A stretch of DNA of 60,541 nt, counting the filler, from Circinaria calcarea (lineage: Eukaryota), in the NCBI GenBank assembly GCA_051942165.1. It is 15 parts of 15 records of this genome, joined end to end, with 100 filler letters (N's around TTAATTAATTAA, not from the genome) between each part and the next. Parts side by side here need not be neighbours in the genome. Positions count along the whole stretch, not along the records: positions 20,258 to 24,203 come from JAVECS010002540.1; positions 24,304 to 28,245 come from JAVECS010002541.1; positions 28,346 to 32,286 come from JAVECS010002542.1; positions 32,387 to 36,326 come from JAVECS010002543.1; 11 more parts are not named here. One strand, 5' to 3'. The position numbers and the translations under genes are program-made. Positions 23,963 through 35,933 of the stretch are shown here, one piece after another; the first letter of the stretch is position 1, and every line of letters starts with the position of its first letter. The notes beneath the pieces are model-generated. The model saw only the letters and a list, made by a program, of their open reading frames with translations. It was not told the DNA's origin and did not search any database.

Positions 23963-25713
23963 GAGCTATTTGAATTTGAGTCAAGGCTTTGAAGGGAGAA
24001 GTCTCGCCGGCCTTTGTGGGTTGAGTCTACCTGTCTTTCTTTGTGGTTGGCACGTTGCGCGAGGCTGGATGCGTTGACTCAGGCGGTGCTCTTTTGTAAA
24101 GCAATTTCTAGCAGGGCGGCGGAGCACTGTGAATCGATTCGTCGATTGGTCGCTCGCAGGAATATCGGTTTCACCAGAAGTCCTACTCAAGGATCGGGAT
24201 CATNNNNNNNNNNNNNNNNNNNNNNNNNNNNNNNNNNNNNNNNNNNNTTAATTAATTAANNNNNNNNNNNNNNNNNNNNNNNNNNNNNNNNNNNNNNNNN
24301 NNNGGTAAAGGGGGGGAGGGGTTTTAGATGTGGTGGCGGGTTGGAGGAGGTGGAGGTGGAGAGCTTAGAGTGAAAGCAGATGAAGAGGTGATTTCTTTAC
24401 TTTTCTTCACTGGGAAGTGAATTAATGGTCTGTTCTGTTTCTGTCTGGTAATCCTAGTGGATCAATTCGGAAGCATTGGCCAGATTTCGCGAGCTGCATG
24501 CGCAACAACTCGGATTTAAACGAGCGTGGTGGGAGGGGGGGCCGCAGTGAATGATAGGGGAATCTCAAATTCACACACTCAGCTCGTGCATAGCAGGCAT
24601 TTTCCACTTTTCCATGCGGAGCCCAGGTTCAAACTTAGAATACGGGAGCTAAAGTGAGAGAGGAGAGGAGAGAGGAGAGGGAAAAGATCCTTGCTGATAT
24701 AGAAGAAGAAAAAAGGCACAAACATGTTCAATCTCCTTCGCTAGCGGATTTCCACTTTCGGCGTATGTGGTCAAACATGCTCGCTGAACGCGCTTGTGCT
24801 AACATGAAGTAAACTAGATTAGATAGGGTAGTTGGCGACTATAGGAAACACAGAAGTTTGTTTGTTGCTTTTTGCGGTTCCGGGGTTATTTGGGAGGGGT
24901 GGGGAGGTAAAGGTATGCTGCCGTTTTTCGATTTATTTTCCCAAATACCGAAACGGGGAATTCTTCCTTGGAGTTATGGGGAAGCATAAACCCCGGCCCC
25001 ACTCATAACGAGCGTCTTCGATATACCTCATTCGTCCTCATGACACCCAAAATTCCCTCCAAGCCTCGCATGTTTCAGTAAACTGCACCGACCGGCAACT
25101 GCTTCTACCAAAGCCCCCATTTCCAAGGGTCGACTGGGAGATGCGACTAGCGAGCTGCGAGGGTGGTGGGGGGGAAAGGGGGTAGTGGGTTGATTGATAG
25201 AGCGGGATAGGTGGCTTTGGAGTTGGAATGGTGGGTCGGTTGGTGAGTTAGGTCAGGGTGGATGGGGTGAAACAGACGCTTGTCAAGGTTCTACCTCTTC
25301 TTTCGGCTATATGTGTAGGATGGTCGGTCCTCTTCGTACGTTAAGGAAGAATGTGAATTAGGAGATGCTGAGGCCGCGGAGAATGTGTGGAAGGTTCGGG
25401 TTTGGTGATTAAGTAATACTAAAATAGTAAAGAATCAGATCAAGTAAAAGGGAAATTCGACTTTACTTCTAGGCAGGTAATCTGCAAATGAAACGGTCTG
25501 CTGATACCAGATTTTGTGAGTTATTGCCAGTAACTAAGTAACTGTGCCTCCTACTTTAGATCTTTATATCAAAAGTAATAAGCGAGTGTCTAGTGTAAAG
25601 CCGTTCCGGGTAAATATTGAATTATTCTAGAGAAGCTCAACTGTGAAAGGCATACAGAGAAATGTACGAAATATATTACACTCACCAGACGCTGACATAT
25701 GTATTTTTATGCT

Positions 25714-26500
25714 TTATGCGATGGGCTTTGGAGACAGCCACGCCCAAGTAATATCTACCCTACCCCTTGCCGGGTCTGCGAGCTTGTTGAAAACGCCAAG
25801 ACTTACATCCAGGTCGGTAGGAGCACATCCGGTACCTATCTAGGTTAATATACACTCTCGAGTAATTGGCAAGACTACTTTACATCGATCGACGACTGTC
25901 AAATCGACGCTTCTCTTTGCATTTACCGCCTCATCAAATCTTACAGCCCGGATTTTCAGCCCGCAAAGTGGATTGTCGTTGGGATTTGTACCTTTGGACT
26001 GCGAATCGAACAGGAAATGACTGACTGAGACAATGTCTTGATCGGCGGAGGATGAGATACCACAGGCACCTAAGCCAGGCCCGTAGTAGGTCAGATCCCC
26101 TGTAAAAGATTGAGCGTCGGAAGGTAGAGGAAGGAAACGTTTCTTGCTACAACGGGTTTTAGATATAGAAATACGAGATTTCCAAAGTGTTCCCATACCG
26201 AACGCCCAAGCCTAGACCTACGCCCAAGGCGATGGCTATCACCACCAACAGGATAACGAGAAAACCTATTTTGACAAGAAGATTTTGGGGTTGGGAGCCA
26301 GATTTATTCCTTTCTTTTGACGTATTCCAGGGTATTTTAGCGAGTGTTTTGGCCTTGAGTATAGATATTCGCTCTTGCAAGGATGAACCGCTGCCAATCC
26401 GCCGCTGCTGCGATCTCCCCTTTTCCTCTCGAGGAGTCTCCCAGTCTGGCAGTTGGGTATTTGCAGAGTCTGAATAAATATCACTGGAAGGAGGCATCAT
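25714..26500 (-). CDS. Membrane-anchored expansin/RlpA-like double-psi beta-barrel protein
   Basis: TM segment IGFLVILLVVIAIALGVGLGLGV. DPBB motifs FTGDLTYYGPGLGACG, NPNDNPLCG and VVDRC/TGCAPTDLDVS..GRVDITWAW. Introns at 26147-26198 and 25836-25883. Confidence 0.9.
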
Positions 26501-28017
26501 CCTAAGCTGGCCCTAAGGTATTGAAGTTGCCTGACCTCTAGCGACCTCACATAAAAGAACAGACTTTCTTAGTAGTCTAATTAAAGTTAAGGCGCTTAAA
26601 GACCATACGTGCTGCACCGATTTATATGTCACTAGGGAAGGATAAAAGCTGCCGCACTTAATTGGGGGTTTTAGCAAAAACTTGTTATGTTAGTGTAATA
26701 TGAACCTAGGCGCGGAATAACTTTGGCCCCAGCCAATATATTAGTGGACCTTTTCTGACCAATACCAGGGCATGGATTATGGTAGGTCTGCCATCTTGTC
26801 CTTACCATATCAGGCTTAAGGTATCGGTACCGGGCTCCCGTACATAACATACCTTTTACAAAATTCTGCTAAAAGACCCAAATATGTGAAGCTGTCGTTG
26901 CGCTGTCTGAGTGGAGTCTAGATGCGATAAGGCGTCAAACGATAAAGCGACTAGCCGCTCTCGGATCAGGGGCTGGTCTTGGTATGACAGCAAATGATAG
27001 AGGCATCCGATCAATCTAGAAGAGACTGAAGATCAACTACGGGCACACAGTTTAACACCTAATTCTATTCAGTGTCGAGAACCTCAAAGAAGCACTGCCT
27101 TGGCAAACAGCCTTGATTGGACGGCTCCTAAGCTCGTGCTACCAGCCATGAATACGTAGTGATGAGGTCAAGCGATTTTGAGACAAACAAGGTCTCCGTT
27201 GAACCTCCCATGTCAGGCCGAAACTATTATGATCTATCCAACTCTAAGGTAGATCGAAATAGGCTCTTAGCTCTAAAGAAGTGAGATTCTATAGGCTACA
27301 GTGCGAATTGGTGGTAGGGGGCGTTGGTAATAACCATCTCTCCCCATATCGACGTTCAGAGATGAAGTCACAATTTCATCTTCACTCGTTTCCCAGAATT
27401 CCCCATATCGCGGGGTAAGGTAACCAACCATACGGAAGATCGGCCGCTTACCCCTGACAGCCAAGCTTCAGCCAATTAGATACTCCTCTCGCTTACGCTA
27501 ATCCTTCACCAATCTTAGCGCACCCGCTGTACATGACGCCAAACGCTCACATCACCAAGGTACTGCTACTCAGGTACTGTGCTCTGTTTGTCCTTCGCCT
27601 GAGAGTAGAGACGCTGTATACATTGCTTGTTCCGATTGTCAGCAAAACTATCGCTGACATTCTCAATTCAAGGAATCTAGACTATGGCGGTAGCTTCGAG
27701 TTACTACAACCCATTCCACCCATCCTCCCCCGCCATGCAGCTCCCCGGCTTTCGAGGCCGATGGACAATCATCTCAGTATGACGCCAAGTATTTCCCGAT
27801 GCCTGAGCGGAAACATTTGGTGAGGTGATGTAATCCTCCGGTCGTTGCAGCTTTGCACGTTAAATGCAATCGCTCCACACTCATTAGCGCGGATCTCTTG
27901 ACTGTACCTGTTCCGCCGTCACCTCTCATTACCCTACTCACCTCCTTCCATCCACCACCTCTCGTCTCAAGTACTTCCATCTCCACTCGCACAAGTAACA
28001 CTTCAACCTGAGCCACC

Positions 28018-28245
28018 ATGACTCGTAAAGTCTGCATCACCGCCGTCGATGGCCATACTGGCTATCTCATTGCCGAACTCCTGCTCACCGATGAAACCTT
28101 CTCCAAGAAGGTTGACTCCGTCACTGGGCTCTCTTTGAAGCCTCAAGATGCCGCCTGCAAGGAGCTCACCAAGCTCGGAGTCAAGATCGTGCCGCATAAG
28201 CCTGGCAAGATGAGAGACATGGTCAACACTCTCAAGAATACCAAG
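28018..28245 (+). CDS. NAD(P)-binding Rossmann-fold (NmrA-like) protein, N-terminal fragment
   Basis: MTRKVCITAVDGHTGYLIAELLL is a beta-alpha nucleotide-binding start. Strong C/G-ending codon bias. Truncated at the linker. Confidence 0.75.
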
Positions 28246-28850
28246 NNNNNNNNNNNNNNNNNNNNNNNNNNNNNNNNNNNNNNNNNNNNTTAATTAATTA
28301 ANNNNNNNNNNNNNNNNNNNNNNNNNNNNNNNNNNNNNNNNNNNNGCCCCAAGCACTGGAGTGGCCCCCCCTCCCCCGTTCTATCAAAAATCCTCCAGGA
28401 GCTCTCACCCCACCTCCGTGGCTCCAACTCCCCAACAGCCTCCATTCAATCATCCAAGATACCACACCATACGAGCTCCACCCAAACTCTCAATCCTCCC
28501 TCCAGCCCCTAATCCCCCTCAACCATTCCCACCAAATCCTTGACCAGGGGTCGATACGAGCGCCTGTTTTTCGCGTGATCTTGGGTTTTCTAAATTCTAC
28601 TGTCACGTTGGAAGAGATTTTCTTAGGGGCCCCGAAAACGGTTGCAGAAGTAGGGTCCGGAAGCTGGTTAAGAAGCAGGGGGCAGGGTAAGAGGGATCCT
28701 CTGCTTTGCTCTCAGTGTTCTGCAAGGGGGTTGGTGGTAAGCGGGCTTATCGCACGTTTGTGCTACAAGGGTAAAAGGAAAAGCCGGGCGTTTGGAGCTC
28801 TTAGTATGCTGTAGGAGCTAGGAGCTAGGAGCTAGGAGCGCAGAATGTTT

Positions 28851-31800
28851 AAGCGCCTAAGCGCCAGTATCGACTTTCGATGATGATTTGAAAAAACCCC
28901 TGAAAGGGGAAAGTGTGGGTGGGAAGGGCAAACCGTCCTGGTAGGGGTGAGGATGTGTTGAGCTTTGAAAGGGAGCAGACAATTAAGCGCCTAAGCGCGA
29001 GCATCGACTTTTGACGAAGATTCGAGAAAACCTGGAAAAGGGATAGTGTGGGTGACAAGGGAAACGGGGAGGCTGGTTAGCGATTGATTAAAGGCTGTTG
29101 GCTCTGCGCTTGGTGCGAAGCTGCGAGGGGGCTGACGTGTCGAATTTCCGTCCTTGCTGCCCGGCCATGATGGTCCAGTAAACGTCCATAGTAAGTAATT
29201 CACGTTGGCCGGGCTTAAATCAAACCGCGACCGGGCAACGAGGACGGAGTGAGAATGTCCGCATACCGTACAGCATGGCTAGCACTTGATGTTTAACGAT
29301 GATGTAGGAAAACCCCAAAAGGGGAAATTGGCGGGATACTAGGGGTGGTAGGGCTAAGTGCAATTTTCAAGCGTCAATTAAAAATTGTGACTAGGCTTGG
29401 AAAAACAAAAGCACAAGGTGCGAGGATCAGTTCCTGTAGATGGCTGTTTGGGTAATTGAAATGAGACGGCGGTGTAGAAGGAAATAGCTGTGACTGGATA
29501 TTAGCGGCAAAGAGCGCCATGGAAGTTCATTGATAATCTAGCGAATGCAGGAACAAAGGCTGTGTCAAGCTGTGTTGATAAAGGTACCGCCCTCAAATCC
29601 AAGGAAAAAAATAGGGGGTAAAAAAAGCCAGCCCCCAGAAACCGAAAAGAAAAAGTCCAAAAAAAAGTGAATTTCGCAATGAGTGATGTAAGTGGATCAG
29701 CACCCGGATTCGAACCCGCTACCCTCTGAACAGACAAGTTGAACACTATGGTTACGAACAATTACACGAGGAGCTTATCCCTAAGTGTAACAACCACCCT
29801 ATCCATTGAGCCATGATGCCAATAGAGCTATAGGGTTCTATTAAAATATATATTAAATGGAAATTGGATGGTTATGGCCAGGTGATAAGTCTCCGGCTTG
29901 ACTCGCTGCCTGCGATCACTGGCCTTCCAGCAAACTCGGCACGCTGAACGTTCGTAACTGCTACATATACCATTGTTCAAAGAAAAGACCACACAAGCGC
30001 CTAAGCGCGAGCATCGACTTTCGACGATGGTCTCAGAAATCTCAAAAAGGAAAACACTTACGGGCGAGGGGAGTAGGCGAGATACTAAGGGTAGTTCAGG
30101 ACGGGTGCAATTTCCACTGGCCAGTAATGTTTGGGCTGACCGGGAAGGGTTGGCGCCGTGCAAGGAAGTAAGCGCTTAAGCGCCAGCATCGACTTTCGAT
30201 GATAATCTCAAAACCTCAAAAGGGAAGCTACCTAGTGGCAACCGAAGTAGGCGAGGTACTAAGGTAGTCCAATCTCCGAACGCCGGGTGAATATAGGCAC
30301 GGGGCTGGGGGTGGCAAGTGAGCAAGCGCGGATGTGGAAGGCGTTGGCAATTAGGCTGGTTGGCTTTAGTGCTAGTTGTTTTAGTGTAAGACCTCTATAA
30401 GCGAACAAGCACGAGGGTCGGTGTTCAATGAACATTTCAGAAACCCCAGAATGGGAGGCAGCGGCAAAAAAGACTGAATGCTAAGATAATAATCGTAGGA
30501 GAGCATAAGTGCCATTGAGGTTTAAAGATGGTCCTATAAATCTCAGAATCGAGAGTAGTAGCAGACACCCGACGGCCATTTTGCTTCAGGTTTCGGACGA
30601 TTTTGAGCTCCAAGTGTTTGGCAAGGCGCTGTGACAAGGTTAGGAGTTAAATACGCTGGGCTCCCGATTTTTTCTCACTGGCATCATTAGCATCTACTAG
30701 GACAGCAATTCCTTTACAAATTTATCCAAAAACCGCAGGTTTTTGTGTTTTTAAGGACGTGCCACTCTGACGAGCACTTAGCCCTCCACGCTCAGTAAGG
30801 AAATCTCAAACAGCGAGAGCATGTCAGTGTGAAAAATGCATATGGGATAACCGTTCCAATAACTACTTCTTGCCGTACAGGCATCAACTTACCCAGCCTC
30901 CCTTTTGATGACCATTGAATTTAGCGAGCCCTTAGCGCCAAAATACCTATTATTTTTCCAACATTTAGCTCTCGACTTTTAACGATGATGTTCAGAAAAC
31001 CCTGATTTGGCAAAACGGGAAACGGGACCAAGTTTACACGCGAGAAGCAATCTCCGGTAGATTGCCAAGCGAGCATCGGCATTGTGGAGCGGGAAAGCCC
31101 GTAGGCAGGTTATTCGTTCGCCTAAGGCTAAAGCCCTAATCCATGGAAGCGAGTAAGCGCGAGCGTTGACTTTCTCTAAAAGCCTCAAACGGGTAGTTGA
31201 CTTTGAAAACTTAATCTCCGAGCACCCAGCTTAATGATATAAGTCGGCAGACGCGGGTACTCAATTTTCAAGGATATTTGCTTAGAATGCAAGGCAGAGG
31301 CAGGTGGTCCAGGATTGTAACTTCTCATCAGCCTCCTGTGTGAGCGAAATATCGTTCGAAATCGAAATGTCGACACAAAAGGTGGTGAGAAGGAATTCAA
31401 TTAGGAATTGGGCATGAGTTGTGGTTCGTCACATGATGTAGGTAAGCTAACAAGTGTGGGACTCGAGACTCAGTTATGATCTCCCAAACTTCAGAAGAGA
31501 TGGTAGTTGCAATTTATATCTAGTGAGTAAGACCGGGCTTTGGGTTTTAGAGGACAAGCGCGGGTATCGGAAATTCGACGATGATCGTGAGAGGCTCGAA
31601 AGCGAAAGCGGTGGCAACAGGAGGCTGGTCTCATCTAATAAGCGCTTAAGCGCCAGCATCGACTTTTAACGATGATCTCAAAAACCTCAGAAGGGATAGT
31701 GGTAGGTGGCGTTGCCCCGAGATACTAATCCTGTTAAGGTCCGAGTAAGCGCGAGGGGTGGAGCGCTAAGAGTGGAGGCGTATTGATGATGGAATATCTA

Positions 31801-31890
31801 TGAATTAGGGTTTAGTAAACTATTGCTAAGCGCAAGCGCGAGGCTCGAAGGTCAACGATAAGCTCAGAAACCTCAAAAGGGAAAGCGGTT
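28851..31890 (+). repeat. Array of about 11 co-oriented ~55-nt repeats in a gene-free contig
   Basis: Approximate consensus AAGCGCYTAAGCGCSAGCATCGACTTTYRAYGATGATCTCAGAAACCTCAAAAGGGAA. Copies at about 28851, 28985, 29281 (partial), 29995, 30170, 30399, 30967 (partial), 31147, 31556, 31640 and 31828. Confidence 0.88.
29693..29820 (-). ncRNA. tRNA-like Pol III cassette (pseudo-tRNA or tRNA-derived SINE head)
   Basis: On the minus strand: A box TGGCTCAATGG (29803-29813) within a pairable D-arm, B box GGTTCGAATCC (29706-29716), and a T8 terminator-like run at 29659-29666. Acceptor and T stems are mispaired and no canonical anticodon loop is present, so no isotype is called. Confidence 0.6.
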
Positions 31891-32386
31891 GCAAATTAAA
31901 GGGAATAATGTTCTCCACAGGCTCCGTAACCAGCAGGTGATGTATCTAGAGTCAAAGCAAGATGTCCGGGATGGCGTGTCCGAGATTGCTTAGGTCATCG
32001 ACCGTCTATACCTGCGCTTACCACGTGTAGCGGTCGGTAAAGATATGAAATAATCACCTGGCTTGCTTGGCTGCTTTGAAGCCATTATTGGCGTAGAAGA
32101 ACAGAAGTCCGGATGAATAGCACGCCCCAAAATTGTCAGAAAGATCAAGGTACTTCAATAAGCCCTGAAAGGAGCCAGTGTGAGTAGGTACGCCAACTTT
32201 TTCGGTTCAACTTCTAAGGCCATTCCCTAATCATTGTCGGATGCCTAGGATGTATAGTGAGTGGTATATAAAATTATCGCGATTATNNNNNNNNNNNNNN
32301 NNNNNNNNNNNNNNNNNNNNNNNNNNNNNNTTAATTAATTAANNNNNNNNNNNNNNNNNNNNNNNNNNNNNNNNNNNNNNNNNNNN

Positions 32387-32704
32387 GGTATCGACAACGC
32401 CCTCGATGCCCTCTCCCTAACCACCACCCCCGCCTCCGCCCAAACCATCGACCGCCACCCGGAGAGAAGGTTCAAAGCCGCTTACGCTGCCTTCGAAGCG
32501 CGGCGGCTACCGGAGTTGGAACTGGAAATGAAGGGGTTAAGGCGGAACCAGCGCGTCGAAGTGTGCAGGAAGGAATTTGAGAAGAGCGAGGAGAACCCGT
32601 TCAATCAAGTGAGCGCACACTTTGACGCCACCAAGGAGGAGCTGGCGGCGTTGAAGCAGGGCGTAAGGGAAGGCGTGGAGAAGAGGTTGGGGGAGAGGAG
32701 CTAG
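32387..32704 (+). CDS. CCDC124/Oxs1 family protein, C-terminal part
   Basis: GIDNALDAL..IDRHPERRFKAAYAAFEARRLPEL..GLRRNQ..KEFEKSEENPFNQ is the conserved C-terminal domain of this family. Confidence 0.9.
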   Translation, partial: GIDNALDALSLTTTPASAQTIDRHPERRFKAAYAAFEARRLPELELEMKGLRRNQRVEVCRKEFEKSEENPFNQVSAHFDATKEELAALKQGVREGVEKRLGERS

Positions 32705-34307
32705 CGGGGTGTGGGGCAGTCGAGGAGAAGGGGTAGTGGAGTATCGAATTTGGGCAGGAAGAAATGAATTGATGTGAAATATTTACGAATATGGGTGTGG
32801 ACGGAGTTTCGGGGGAACCAAAAGTAGAAGGAAGCTTTTTTCAACGCCAACTTTTGGGAAACGTGGAATTCTCCCGGCCTAGTTTCTTTGCCCCAAAAAA
32901 TTGAGAGAACGGAAGATTCTGTCGCCGGATAGAGAAAGTAATCTATCCTACTCAGTAATTTGGCACCGCTATGTCCCCTGCTTGTGCTGGGCACGAACAG
33001 TTTCATTATAAGACATTGCTATGGGGAAATTTTATTTGGAGGTGAGAAGAGTAGTTGGAACAGACCGGAACTGGTCTGCTTTGAAAAGAGGGAACTGATC
33101 TTTGAAATCTACCTTCGCATTGGGATTTTGCAGTTTTGTCTGTTCTTGGTTTTTGAGTCGTGCATACCATTCAGGCGCTGCTCCAGTTTTGGCTGCTTTT
33201 TATTAAACGCTAACAAATAATAATGCCGCCAAAATAGAGGACACTTAAAAGCGCAAAAGGGCTTGGCATAAGCAACTAACAGTGCTCGGAAAACAGCTCC
33301 CTTCCTAACACCTGGGCCTTCCCACATCGTTCCCCTTCTCCGCACCTCGAGCTCATCTCGTTCTAATCGATATGCTACGATTCAAGGCTGTAAATTGTCA
33401 GCAAGAACTTGAAACCAGACGAACTATACGCTAAAGGTCGTCATAACCATCCGCCGGTTTTTTTTTTTTTTTTTGGGCAATCTCTCTTATACCGCAGAAA
33501 GTCGATTATCTCTTTCAGAGCTTCGAGTTGACTGCATGCCGAAAGCTTTGTAATATCTCGTATATTTCATCAATCAGATTCGAGTATCTAGGCAATCTTA
33601 TCTCCATTTCGAATAAATAAAATAATAACGGATAAATTAGCTGACTACTTTGCTCGCCGTCGATAAGCTGACTGAATTCCTGGTGACTCGTTGGCATTGC
33701 ATCACTTGGCTTATCAGCCGAGTTAATGCAGAGATTTGATTAATTTTTCTTTTTAGAGGAAGGGAAAGAGGCATTTCTAGATGGTTCATTGACTGTATAT
33801 ATCGATGATATAAGATTTCAAATCCGAAAATTGATTTGGCGATGGAGAGTGTTAGTAACTTGGCTATTTAAATATCCAGTCTAAATCAACGCTTACGCTG
33901 TAGCCGTAGCGTACGATGAAAAGTATTTAATATCTTATGTTTCGATTTAATAGATCCTCCGAGTTTGGTTCATTCCTTTCTACGCCGCAACAGTTAAGAT
34001 TATCACGATGTTTAATCTTATCTATATCGAAAACAATACTACCTTATTTATGAATAAAATAAATATATTAAACATGCGATTAATTAAGCAGCAAGAGGAT
34101 CTCGATCAAACAAGTGAATTCGCTAATTTCATTGGTGTATTCAATGTTCTTCATGTGGTAGTATCGCTTTGGCATTGGCTGGCCACATTATTGTGCGTAG
34201 TAGGCCAAGTAGTGGTTGCACGTGTCACTTGGTTAGAGGCAAGGGCGTAACGAACAGCAAATCAAATCGATCGGCAATAACTTCTCCTAAATAAGAATTA
34301 AATGACT

Positions 34308-35011
34308 CTAGAGGACGGCTTTTGCTCTGTCCCCCTTGAGGAACCTTAGGATTTGTTCATCTCCTGTCTCCTCTGCTCTTTGAAGAACCGTTTTCCCAGC
34401 AGCATCAATATCATGTACATCAGCACCAGCATCAAGCAACAACTTTATAACATCTATCTTTCGGTTCATAGCAGCCTTGTGCAATGCCGTGCCCATATCG
34501 ACGTCTTCTCTCCGGTCTGTCTAGTTCTTGACACCCAGCTCTTCAAATCGGCCCCATTCTTAAGCAACAGCTTTACCACTTCTAGATTCCCCTGCTCTGC
34601 TGCAACGATTAATGCTCCACTCTCTTTGACTCTGGCTCCGTGTGCAAGCATAAGCTCAGTGAGCTGAAAGTCATCCGCCGCTACAGCTAGCGGAGAGTAA
34701 GTATAGTTGTGACGATGAAGGTTTGTGTCTGCGCCGCGTGAGAGTAGATATGCAGTCAGCTCTCTACTTTTGGTATGGGCTGCCCAGATGAGGGGAGACC
34801 CTTGGCGGTCGAGAGCCTCGTTGATGTTGAGGCCAACAGTCAGCAGGATATCAAAAACGGCCGGCGAGCCGTTGGTGATAGCAGAGGCTATTACATCTGT
34901 TGTGATTTTACTCGCATCGTTGTTCAAATGTTGGCGAATAAGAAGAAGATTGTTCTGAAGGATGGCTTGTTCGAGAGGGATGGTAGAGGTATTTTCGGTC
35001 GAGTAAGCCAT
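34308..35011 (-). pseudogene. Disrupted stand-alone ankyrin-repeat gene (about 235 aa if intact)
   Basis: Repeats GSPLIWAA..LLSRGAD, YSPLAVAA, GALIVAAEQGNLEVVKLLLKNGAD and GTALHKAA..LLLDAGAD are split over two frames. Frameshift near 34546 plus an in-frame TAG at 34521-34523. No plausible intron spans the lesion. Confidence 0.78.
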
Positions 35012-35933
35012 GAATATGATGTTAATTGGATGTAATTGCGCTAGCGGTTTCTTTGATTATAGACTAATTAGACTTGGACTTTGTTTTTTAGGGAAGGTCT
35101 TATTCAGTTATATATTGAATTCTGATCGACAAGCAATAGGTTCTGCTGATGAGATCGGTGTCAGCGAGTTTTGCATCACCTGAGTTTCGCAGCCACAACA
35201 ATAATGTTGGAATAGAGGGATCACGCGGCTCTTTATAATATTGGAAGACCCTTGTTTTATATTAGACTACCATAGCGTATGTGTTGAGAGTCGGTGCCGA
35301 AGAATCACTTATTCGCGTTATGTACTCGAAACCATTAGCGTGTGATTCGGAGTTGTTTATGATCATGTTATAAATGTGATGCCAAACAAGGAACGGGCTG
35401 CGGTTAGTATAACATAAGCAATTTCCCCGCTCCAAAAGTTATCCGAATCCCAAAGCTGCCTAAATAACCTATTAGACCCTTGCTCCATCAATCGTTTATA
35501 GTTAAGCCACGATGTGCTAGGCAGTCTGATTCGCTATCTCACACACACAAAACGCTTTTTGTTTAGCAGAAGGATCAAAGGATTCACCAAATTTTAAAAT
35601 AACACAGGAGGCCGGCGTGAGTGTTTGAATTTATAATGAATGGAATAAACAGCCGAGCTGCACCCCGGATCCCACGATTCCGGTAGTCTGCGGCTCTCTA
35701 GAAGTACTACGTCCTCACTGTGTTGGATGTATCCTTGGAATTTCATGTCAATTTCATGGTTAATCGAGATATGTCGCTGAATATAAAGGTCACGATGGGC
35801 CCTATAAGAAATAGTATCAATTTCCAAACCTCTTAACATTTCTGCCTGATTTCTCATTTTCTACGAGCCTGCCGGTCAGCTCATCCCTTTCCGTTTCTAT
35901 CTTTTTTCAAACGATTATCCTAATATTTCTACC

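Noticed and set aside
29693..29820. Functional tRNA gene with a defined anticodon
   Set aside because: Acceptor and T stems are mispaired and no register gives a canonical U33/purine-37 anticodon loop.
28851..31890. CRISPR array interpretation of the 55-nt repeats
   Set aside because: Repeats are degenerate, intervals are long and irregular and partly homologous to each other, there are no cas genes, and the context is eukaryotic.
28851..31890. Hammerhead ribozyme (retrozyme) interpretation of the repeats
   Set aside because: GAYGA and GAAA are present, but the invariant CUGANGA core is missing from the copies on both strands and the stems do not close correctly.
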